A DNA stretch of 16,463 nt from Candidatus Krumholzibacteriia bacterium. GTDB taxonomy: Bacteria; Krumholzibacteriota; Krumholzibacteriia; WVZY01. The position numbers and the translations under genes are program-made. The notes under the pieces are model-generated. The model ran no database searches, had not been told where the DNA came from, and saw only the letters and a list, made by a program, of their open reading frames with translations. This document shows positions 8,218-15,192 of the stretch, in pieces (the stretch's first letter is position 1; each line of letters opens with the position of its first letter). The stretch is from positions 1 through 16,463 of the forward strand of contig JBHHVD010000073.1 in the NCBI GenBank assembly GCA_046754105.1, read 5' to 3'.

Positions 8218-9126
8218 ATGACCCCCCACCCAACAAACGATCAAATTGCCTGTTTCCTCGTGCAGGGACTCCGTCAGGGTGAGGAAGAGCGGGTCAGGCT
8301 CCACTTGCGGGACTGCAGACAATGCCAGGCGCTCGCCGAATTCGGCTCGCGCATGCACGGGCAATTTATCGACGACCCCGACGCGTTTGCTTACAAGGAC
8401 GAATTGGTGGAGGATGGCATGGCAGTGGCCAGAGCCGGAGCGATGGTCGAAGACGATCCGGGCCGCCGTGCGACATCCAGGTATTCCCGGGGCTGGATAC
8501 GGTGGGCAGCCCCCGTGGCTGCGGCCGCGGCAATCCTGGCGATCGCGTGGCCGTTTGCGAGGCCTGGCCACGATGGCGTGGAGGATGTCCTCGTGGCTCC
8601 GCTCCGGGCAAGCATGATCGCCATGTCGAAGCGCGCATTGTTCGTTGTACCCGGCACGGAGACGGAAATCGGCCCGACGGTGAATACGTACCGGTCGGGC
8701 GGCGTGGCTGAGAACGATAAGGTGTCGGCCGCTCTGCTGAGTCTCGTAGAGCGATACAATGATGATCCGGGCGATCGCGACGTCGCCTATTGGGTGATGG
8801 GCGGATTCCTGGCGACGCGCCAATTCAACATCGCCGCCGACATCGCGAACGAGGCCCTCGAGCGGTTTCCCAAGGACTCCGAACTCGCCTCGTTGGCCGC
8901 GGTCATCGAGTACGCGCGCGGCAACTTCGAGATGTCGGAACGGTTGCTTCGGCAGGTTGTCGCCGCCGAGCCGGCGAACTGGGTGGCACAGCTCGATCTT
9001 GGAGTGGTCCTCATGGCTCAGGGGAGGCGTGACGAAGCTCGTGACGTTCTCCAGGCTGTAGAGCAGGGCGACAATAACGCGCTGTCCAGTCGCGCGAAGT
9101 GGATCATCGATGATAACGACTCGTAA
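8218..9126 (+). CDS. Zinc-binding (zf-HC2/ZAS) single-pass anti-sigma factor with extracytoplasmic TPR domain (~302 aa)
   Basis: MTPHPTNDQIACF...HLRDCRQC carries the HxxxCxxC motif. One TM helix (WIRWAAPVAAAAAILAIAWPF). C-terminal TPRs (LAAVIEYARGNFEMSERLLRQVVAAEP; AQLDLGVVLMAQGRRDEARDVLQAV). ATG 8218, 4 nt after the sigma stop, is preferred to GTG 8182. Confidence 0.85.
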   Translation: MTPHPTNDQIACFLVQGLRQGEEERVRLHLRDCRQCQALAEFGSRMHGQFIDDPDAFAYKDELVEDGMAVARAGAMVEDDPGRRATSRYSRGWIRWAAPVAAAAAILAIAWPFARPGHDGVEDVLVAPLRASMIAMSKRALFVVPGTETEIGPTVNTYRSGGVAENDKVSAALLSLVERYNDDPGDRDVAYWVMGGFLATRQFNIAADIANEALERFPKDSELASLAAVIEYARGNFEMSERLLRQVVAAEPANWVAQLDLGVVLMAQGRRDEARDVLQAVEQGDNNALSSRAKWIIDDNDS

Positions 9127-9145
9127 TCCGGGCAAGACACCCGTT
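9121..9145 (+). promoter_or_regulatory. Candidate alternative-sigma promoter, copy C (TCGTAAT-N13-CCGTT), overlapping the anti-sigma stop codon
   Basis: TCGTAAT ccgggcaagacac CCGTT has the same boxes and spacing as copy A, but there is no sense gene downstream. Confidence 0.35.
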
Positions 9146-9198
9146 ACTCCTGTACGAACTTCAGCCCCATAACCTCCGCACCCTCCCAACGGCCAGAT

Positions 9199-9217
9199 GC
9201 GGACTGCAATGGTCCGC
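9199..9217. terminator. Short hairpin next to the FG-GAP gene stop, between convergent genes
   Basis: GCGGAC-tgcaatg-GTCCGC. Confidence 0.35.
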
Positions 9218-9218
9218 G

Positions 9219-11846
9219 CTACCTCAGTAACACGGCCTTCCGGGTCAGGGTCTGGTTGCCCCCCTCGAGCCGGATGAAATAGGTGCCGCTTGCAACGGCT
9301 TTTCCGCCCGCATCGCGTCCGTCCCACGTCTCCACATACGGTCCTGCCGTTGCCCATCGATTCACCAGGGTCGTGACGAGCTTGCCCGCCGCGTCGTAGA
9401 CCCGTAGCGAAATACGCGAGTCGCGCTCCACCATAAACTCGATCCGTGTCGATGGGTTGAACGGGTTAGGGTGGTTTTGCGACAGCGAGAACCCGAGCGA
9501 CGGCGTACTCGCGACCGTTTCGAAAGAACCCACCGCTTCGCCCCCCTCGAGGATCTCGACTCGGTAACGGTACGTCGTCTTTGGCCCGGCCGACCAGTCG
9601 TTGAACACGAACCTGTTTTGGGATCGCGAAACGTTGGGGCTCGGGATCGTCTCGTAGGCCCCCGCCCCCGCGCGGCGGCGCACCACAAACGTAACGTCTG
9701 TGAACGCCGCATCCGCATCATCGAACAGGGTCCAGGTAACCTCAACGTGCGTGCCGGTCCAACGCGATGCGTATCCCTGCAGCGTGACCGGGACGATATC
9801 GGGGTTGCCGTGGTAGACCGTAGCCCGCCCTTCCTCCACCTGCGGATTGGACCAGCTGCGGATGCCGACGATGACGTCCGAGAAGTTATCGCCGTTCACG
9901 TCGCCGGCCCCGGCGATCGACCAGCCGAACCAGGCGAATGCCTGGTTGCTCTCGCCCGTCCACGTGGCCGCGGTCGCGAGCCCGCCGGCACCCCCGAGGT
10001 AACAGTAACCTCTGCCCTCTTCGGTCTCACCGTTGCTGTACCGGTTCGCCCCAACGACGACGTCCGAGTACCCGTCGACGTCCACGTCACCGGCGCTCGC
10101 AACGGACCGCCCGTAGTCTGCGCCCGCCTGGTTGCTCTCACCCGTCCAGTCCGCGTTGCCCGGCATGCCGAACGGCGCCAGACCGCTGCCGCTGCCGTGC
10201 CAGACGAACGCGCCGCCCTCTCCGGCCTGGCCGTTGCTCCACGCGTAGGCGCCGACGATGACGTCCGAGTAGGTGTCGTTGTTGACATCCCCGGCACCGG
10301 CGACCGATCCCCCGAAGAACGCATCCGCCTGGTTGCTCTCGGCCGTCCAGTCCGCGTTGGCAGGGATTCCGTTCGTGCCCAGGCCGCTCGCGCTCCCATA
10401 CCACACGAACGCACGGCCCTCGTTGGACTCCCCGTTGTCGTAGCTGTCCGCCCCCACGATGACGTCCGAGTAGGTGTCGTTGTTGACGTCCCCGGCACTC
10501 GCCGCCGACACACCAAAGTTGGCCTGGGCCTGATCGCTCTCCGCCATCCAGTTCGCGTTGGCCGGCGTGCCGCTGGCCCCGAGACCGGCAGCGCTTCCGT
10601 GCCAGACGAAGACCGCCCCCTCGTTGGCCTCGCCGTTGTTAAACGCCCTCGCCCCCACGATGATATCCGAGTACGTGTCGTTATTGACGTCGCCGGCGGT
10701 CGCGACGCAACCGCCAAAGCTCGAGAACGCCTGGTTGCTCTCGGCGGTCCAGTCCGCGTTGGCCGGCGTGCCGCTGACCCCCAAACCGCCCGCGCCGCCG
10801 TACCACACAAAGACCCACCCTTCCGACGCCTCGCCGCTCGTGTAGGCGGGAGCGCCCACGATGATATCCGAGAAGTTGTCGTTATTGACATCGCCGGCAC
10901 TCGCCACCGATGTGCCGAACCACGCATCGGCCTGGTTGCTCTCGCCGGCCCAGCTGGCCCCGGCGGGGAGTCCCGTGGGGCCGCCGTAATAGGCGAAAAC
11001 GATTCCCTCGTTGCTTTCGCCGCTGTCGTAGAAGGGCGCACCGACGATGACGTCCGCATAGGTGTCATTGTTGACGTCGCCCGCGCCCGCCACCGACCAG
11101 CCGAAATTGCAGCTTGCCTGGTTACTTTCCACGCTCCACGGGGTGGCAAACAGCGGATCGACCGTGATCGGATACGTGCCCTCGTCATCGATGACGATCC
11201 CCAGCGTGTTCCCGTCCACGGTCAGGCGCGATGAGAGTGTCCGGCCGTCGGCATCCGTGACCACGAGCTTTCCGCAGGACATGACTTCCTCGTTGTCGCG
11301 TACAAACGACACGCTCTCATCCACCAACCGCGCCTCCAGGTCCCCCGACAGCCGTCCTTCGATGCGCACGGCGCCCTCGCCCGGCGGCGGTGCCGGGATG
11401 AAATATCCCTGCTCGATGCCCCGGGGGCGGTTTACGTACCACTCGGAGATATTGTGGCGCCGGTACTCGACGCGCCGCCCTTCGGCGGTGGGACGAACCG
11501 GTGCCAGCGGTTCGAGACGGTCCTCGCGCCCGAAGTGCGTTAGCGTAAACGTCATCCGCCAGTCACGGGCTCCCGTGCGGGGCATCATTTCCACCCCACG
11601 CTCCCGGAAATAGACCCGCAGGTTCGAGGCACGATTCGCCGCGTGCAGCGCCCCCGCCCGCTCCTGCCAGGTGATTTCGTATTCGCGTGCGCGGATGAAC
11701 TCTTGTGCCCCCACCCACCAGGCGGAGGATGTGAGTACGTCCGTTGTCGTAGCCTCATCGGCCCGCGGGGCGGGCGCGGCGAGCAAGAGCAATACAAAAA
11801 CGCCCGCGGCGGCAGCGCGCCGGGGCAGGTGATCGAAGAATCGCAT
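9219..11846 (-). CDS. Secreted FG-GAP repeat (integrin-alpha-like beta-propeller) protein with C-terminal FlgD-Ig/T9SS-like domain, 875 aa
   Basis: SD GGGAGG and a Sec signal peptide (…VFVLLLLAAPAPRA). The N-terminal domain ends in YPITVDP. Seven FG(W/T/G/V)S-x-A-x-AGDVNxDxxSD(V/I)IVG repeats follow, then a PVTL linker, an Ig/FN3-like domain, and the LSQNHPNPFNPST...WDG...ASGTYF...TRKAVLLR terminus. Confidence 0.9.
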   Translation of the reverse strand: MRFFDHLPRRAAAAGVFVLLLLAAPAPRADEATTTDVLTSSAWWVGAQEFIRAREYEITWQERAGALHAANRASNLRVYFRERGVEMMPRTGARDWRMTFTLTHFGREDRLEPLAPVRPTAEGRRVEYRRHNISEWYVNRPRGIEQGYFIPAPPPGEGAVRIEGRLSGDLEARLVDESVSFVRDNEEVMSCGKLVVTDADGRTLSSRLTVDGNTLGIVIDDEGTYPITVDPLFATPWSVESNQASCNFGWSVAGAGDVNNDTYADVIVGAPFYDSGESNEGIVFAYYGGPTGLPAGASWAGESNQADAWFGTSVASAGDVNNDNFSDIIVGAPAYTSGEASEGWVFVWYGGAGGLGVSGTPANADWTAESNQAFSSFGGCVATAGDVNNDTYSDIIVGARAFNNGEANEGAVFVWHGSAAGLGASGTPANANWMAESDQAQANFGVSAASAGDVNNDTYSDVIVGADSYDNGESNEGRAFVWYGSASGLGTNGIPANADWTAESNQADAFFGGSVAGAGDVNNDTYSDVIVGAYAWSNGQAGEGGAFVWHGSGSGLAPFGMPGNADWTGESNQAGADYGRSVASAGDVDVDGYSDVVVGANRYSNGETEEGRGYCYLGGAGGLATAATWTGESNQAFAWFGWSIAGAGDVNGDNFSDVIVGIRSWSNPQVEEGRATVYHGNPDIVPVTLQGYASRWTGTHVEVTWTLFDDADAAFTDVTFVVRRRAGAGAYETIPSPNVSRSQNRFVFNDWSAGPKTTYRYRVEILEGGEAVGSFETVASTPSLGFSLSQNHPNPFNPSTRIEFMVERDSRISLRVYDAAGKLVTTLVNRWATAGPYVETWDGRDAGGKAVASGTYFIRLEGGNQTLTRKAVLLR
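9807..11138 (-). repeat. Seven intragenic FG-GAP/Ca2+-binding (DxNxDxxxD) tandem repeats of ~60-67 codons
   Basis: Recurring WTAESNQA...FG.SVA.AGDVNNDTYSDVIVGA...NGE.NEG units, also visible at DNA level (e.g. gacgtccgagtaggtgtcgttgttgac). Confidence 0.9.
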
Positions 11847-11961
11847 GATGATCCTCCCTCGAGAGACGGTAGTGGGCGACCGTTTCGAAGATGGCGTGGC
11901 CGGGGAGTCGGGCGGAGGATGTGGCTAGCGGGAAGTCGGGCCGCGGGATTTGGTCGGTCCG

Positions 11962-11990
11962 AGCATATCACCACAGACCGGCCTTGTAAA
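11962..11990 (-). promoter_or_regulatory. Putative sigma70 promoter of the FG-GAP gene
   Basis: The minus strand reads TTTACA-N17-TATGCT with an extended -10 TG. Confidence 0.55.
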
Positions 11991-12021
11991 TACCCGCGTG
12001 GAATCGCCCGTGATCGCGAAG

Positions 12022-14112
12022 CTACACTTCGTACAATTCCGACTGCCACTCGAGGCCCAGCTCGCCCGGCGGGGCCATGTAGCCGAGGAGGGCGGAGGCG
12101 GCCACGACGGCGGGGCTTGCCAGGTAACCTTCGCCGCCGATGCCCATACGGTTTTGCCAGTTGCGGTTGAAGGATGTGATCGCGCGCTGACCCTCGGCGA
12201 GCGCGTCCTCGCCCTGGCCGAAACACGGGCCGCACCACGAGTCGCGGATCACCGCACCGGCGGCACGCAACACTTCCGCAATCGACTCACCGCCGAGGCG
12301 CGGCTCCGCGTCTTCGATGCGTTTCTTGACACCGCCCGACCCGGGAAAAACGACGAAGGTCGTCGCCGCCTTGTCGCGGCCCTTCTCGCGCGCGGCGCGA
12401 ATGACGAGTGCCGCCTGCAGGAGGTCGTCGTAGCTGCCGTTGGTGCACGAGCCGATAAAGGCCTTGTCGAATCCGAGTTTTTCTTTTGCGACCTCTCCGG
12501 CGGGAAACGCGTTGCCCGGGCTGAACGGCCGCGCGATCATCGGTACCACCTCTTCGAGGTCGAGCGTCTCTTCGATCTCGTAGTGCGCGTCCTTGCCCGG
12601 TGCGATGCGAGGATAGGGGAGATCGCCCATTCCCTTCGCCTCGAACCACGCGCAGGTGATATCGTCCAGAGCGAAGATGCCGTTTTGCGCCTCTCCCTCG
12701 GCCATCATGTTGGCGATGGTATTGCGGTAGGCGATGGGCAGCTGCCCGTTCGCATCGACGAACTCGACCGACATGCCCTGCGACTGATTGGCGCCCCAGC
12801 GCTCGAGGAGTTTGAGGACGATGTCCTTGCCGCTCACCCACGGTTGCAGCGTGCCCGTGAACTGCACGCGCCGCGCCCTGGCCGGTGTGAAATACACGTA
12901 TCCCGTCGCCCAGCCGAACCCCAGCGTCGTGGAACCCACACCGATGCCGACCGCCCCGTAGGCGCCGTAGGCCCGGCTGTGCGAGTCCGCTCCGGGAATG
13001 AACTGGCCGGGGTACACCATCCCCTGCTCGGGAAAGTAGAAATGAAAGATGCCGTCGCCGGGCGTGGCGTAATACGGTTTCTTGATACCGTGTAGTTTTG
13101 CGAACTCGCGGCCGATGGAGGTTTGCCTGTCGTCGGATTCCTTGCCGGTAAAAACGAAATGGTCGTTCGCAACGGCGATCTGCCGCGGATAGACCGTGTC
13201 GCCGCCGGTGATCTGGTTGAAGGTATGGATCGAAAAGGGGGCGGTGCCGTCGGAAGCCGGCAGCAGGTCGGCGTAGACGCGGATCGTCTCACCCGGCCGC
13301 ACCCGTGCCTTCTTGTCCACGCGGTGCGCCCAGATGATCTGCTCCGTCGTGGTGAGCCCCGCGGCGGTTTTCGCATCGGGCCACTCGATCGCCGGCGCCG
13401 TCCGCACCGACTCGGCGAACTCGCGGCGGCCGGTCGCGAAGATGCCGCCCGAGCGCCGTAGCTCGTCTTCTTTTTCGGTCAGCGGCAGCGGCTGGTAGGT
13501 CTTGTCCTGGGTCACGTTCCTGAGCTCGCGCGTCTCGGGGTCGAACGACATGACATCCACGTCCCGCGCATCGGCGACCGCCTGCGGGCACTGCGCCACG
13601 TGCAGGCCCAGGTTGAGTGCGTTGCGGCGAAAAATATCGCCCATATTCTCGCCGCACACGACGACCATTTCGAGCCCCGCTTCGTCGGCGATCGCCTTTA
13701 GACCCGCCGGGCTCATCTCGCGCGAGGAACCGATGGCGAAACGGTCGCCGGCGATGATAAACGTCTCGCCCCGGTGCACGCGCTCGCGGAAATCCGGCAT
13801 CAGGTACTTGAACGTGCCCTCTTTCCAGTACCTGTCCAACTCGTCGAGGCTCTCGGACACGCAGTAGCGGGCCGGCGTGATCTGGTCGGTGTCGATGGCG
13901 TCGAGCTTGTGCAGCGGCCGCTTGGGATCCCAGAAGACCAGCGCCTCGCCCTCGATAATCGCCGGCGCCCCCGCAGGCGCCCTGCCCCCGGCGGGGCGCG
14001 GCGCCTCGCCCGCCGCGACCGCTCCCCCGGGACCGGGCCCAGGCAGATCCGCGGGCCTTACGCCCTTTTTTAGCCGGGCGGGTTGTATGCTGTGAATCGT
14101 TTTCGGGGTCAT
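12022..14112 (-). CDS. Aconitase-family [4Fe-4S] hydratase/isomerase (isopropylmalate isomerase/homoaconitase-like): LeuD-like swivel domain fused N-terminal to a LeuC-like domain, ~696 aa
   Basis: Small-subunit motifs DAIDTDQITPA and IIAGDRFAIGSSRE. Large-subunit motifs NDHF, GDGIFH, GADSHS, FIGSCTNG, WCGPCFG (three Fe-S Cys) and SFNRNWQNRMG. ATG 14112 is chosen because of the promoter at 14148-14176; the longer track ORF runs antisense over the SDR. Confidence 0.88.
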   Translation of the reverse strand: MTPKTIHSIQPARLKKGVRPADLPGPGPGGAVAAGEAPRPAGGRAPAGAPAIIEGEALVFWDPKRPLHKLDAIDTDQITPARYCVSESLDELDRYWKEGTFKYLMPDFRERVHRGETFIIAGDRFAIGSSREMSPAGLKAIADEAGLEMVVVCGENMGDIFRRNALNLGLHVAQCPQAVADARDVDVMSFDPETRELRNVTQDKTYQPLPLTEKEDELRRSGGIFATGRREFAESVRTAPAIEWPDAKTAAGLTTTEQIIWAHRVDKKARVRPGETIRVYADLLPASDGTAPFSIHTFNQITGGDTVYPRQIAVANDHFVFTGKESDDRQTSIGREFAKLHGIKKPYYATPGDGIFHFYFPEQGMVYPGQFIPGADSHSRAYGAYGAVGIGVGSTTLGFGWATGYVYFTPARARRVQFTGTLQPWVSGKDIVLKLLERWGANQSQGMSVEFVDANGQLPIAYRNTIANMMAEGEAQNGIFALDDITCAWFEAKGMGDLPYPRIAPGKDAHYEIEETLDLEEVVPMIARPFSPGNAFPAGEVAKEKLGFDKAFIGSCTNGSYDDLLQAALVIRAAREKGRDKAATTFVVFPGSGGVKKRIEDAEPRLGGESIAEVLRAAGAVIRDSWCGPCFGQGEDALAEGQRAITSFNRNWQNRMGIGGEGYLASPAVVAASALLGYMAPPGELGLEWQSELYEV

Positions 14113-14147
14113 GTTGAAATGGGGCGATTCCGGGAAACGCAGCGCTA

Positions 14148-14176
14148 AACCTACACCAAACGCCGCGTCCTTGCAA
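14148..14176 (-). promoter_or_regulatory. Putative sigma70 promoter of the aconitase-family gene
   Basis: The minus strand reads TTGCAA-N17-TAGGTT, about 35 nt upstream of ATG 14112. Confidence 0.5.
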
Positions 14177-14214
14177 CCGGCAACCGCCGGGGCCGATCGG
14201 CGGCACCATCTACC

Positions 14215-14243
14215 TTGAAGAATCGGGCCGGCGCGTTTACAAT
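14215..14243 (+). promoter_or_regulatory. Putative sigma70 promoter of the SDR-thrC operon
   Basis: TTGAAG-N17-TACAAT, divergent from the aconitase promoter. Confidence 0.6.
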
Positions 14244-14325
14244 GGGGTACGTTATCCGCCACAGCAGCGGTCATCGCCGCGCTCCGCTCGCGGCGGGATC
14301 GCCGCCTCGAACAAAGGAACTCGAT

Positions 14326-15120
14326 GTGTCTCGGACCGCGCACAAAAAAACCGCCCTCATCACCGGCGCCTCGTTCGGCATCGGCTACGAGCTGGCCCGG
14401 CAGTTCGGGCGCGCCGGGTACGACCTCGTCCTGGTCGCCCGCAACGAGGACAAACTGGACGAGGTCGCCGCCGAGCTCACGGGCGCATTCGGGATCGACG
14501 TGGGTGTCGTGCCCAAGGATCTCACCGCCGACCGCGCACCGGACAAGATCTTTGAAAAGCTCCATGCCAATTCCATCACTATCGACGTCCTGGTCAATAA
14601 TGCCGGCTTCGGCACGCGGGGTCTTTTCTACAAGAACGAAATGGGCAAGGAGCTGGATATGATCCGGCTCAACATCATGGCACTCGTCCACCTGACCCGG
14701 CTCTTTCTGCCGTCGATGGTCGAGCGCGGAAACGGCAAGATCCTCAATGTGGCCTCCACGGCGGCCTTCCAGCCGGGGCCGCTGATGGCCGTCTACTACG
14801 CCACCAAGGCGTTCGTGGTGTCGTTCTCCGAGGCCGTCTCCAACGAGGTCGAGGGCACGGGGGTCACGGTCACCGCCCTGTGCCCGGGGCCGACCTATAC
14901 CGAGTTCCAGAAGCGGGCCGGTATCGAGCAGTCCAAGCTCTTCGGGCGCGGTATGGTCATGACCGCCGAGGACGTCGCCGTCCAGGGCTACCAGGCGCTG
15001 ATGGAAGGCAAAGGCGTCGTCATCACGGGTTTCAAGAACAAGCTGCTCGCCGGCAGCGTCCGCTTCGCCCCGCGCCGGTTGATCAAGAAAGTCGTTCGCT
15101 CCATGAACGAGAACCGCTGA
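14326..15120 (+). CDS. Classical short-chain dehydrogenase/reductase (SDR, DltE-like), ~264 aa
   Basis: TGASFGIG Rossmann motif, LVARN, VNNAGFG, NVAS, catalytic YYATK and LCPGPT. GTG 14326 follows an AAGGA SD. Confidence 0.92.
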   Translation: MSRTAHKKTALITGASFGIGYELARQFGRAGYDLVLVARNEDKLDEVAAELTGAFGIDVGVVPKDLTADRAPDKIFEKLHANSITIDVLVNNAGFGTRGLFYKNEMGKELDMIRLNIMALVHLTRLFLPSMVERGNGKILNVASTAAFQPGPLMAVYYATKAFVVSFSEAVSNEVEGTGVTVTALCPGPTYTEFQKRAGIEQSKLFGRGMVMTAEDVAVQGYQALMEGKGVVITGFKNKLLAGSVRFAPRRLIKKVVRSMNENR

Positions 15121-15121
15121 G

Positions 15122-15137
15122 CGGCTCGCGCGAGCCG
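15122..15137. repeat. Perfect 16-bp palindrome in the SDR-thrC intergenic region
   Basis: CGGCTCGC|GCGAGCCG directly after the SDR stop. Confidence 0.45.
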
Positions 15138-15192
15138 GCCGGGGTGCCGCGCCCCTGTCACCCGTTCCACGTATTCCACAAGGACGACCGCC

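Noticed and set aside
4191..9126. Type III-E CRISPR (Craspase) assignment for CHAT plus sigma
   Set aside because: No Cas7-11, recognisable Csx30/Csx31 or array is in the window. The CHAT is exported and the partner is a membrane ZAS anti-sigma, so this is an analogy only.
9807..11138. Regularly spaced DNA repeats as a possible CRISPR array or DGR template/variable repeat
   Set aside because: The repeats are in-frame, degenerate protein repeats of ~200 bp period. No cas or reverse transcriptase gene is present in the window.
9471..11234. 587 aa + strand ORF and 430 aa alternative-frame - strand ORF over the FG-GAP repeats
   Set aside because: Shadow frames of a GC-rich repetitive gene, with Arg/Val/Pro-rich composition and no motifs.
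11950..13095. 381 aa + strand ORF, and similar antisense ORFs at 1290-2045, 2241-3242, 8134-9357 and 15556-16380
   Set aside because: All lie antisense to well-supported genes. Stop-poor reverse frames are expected with high GC3.
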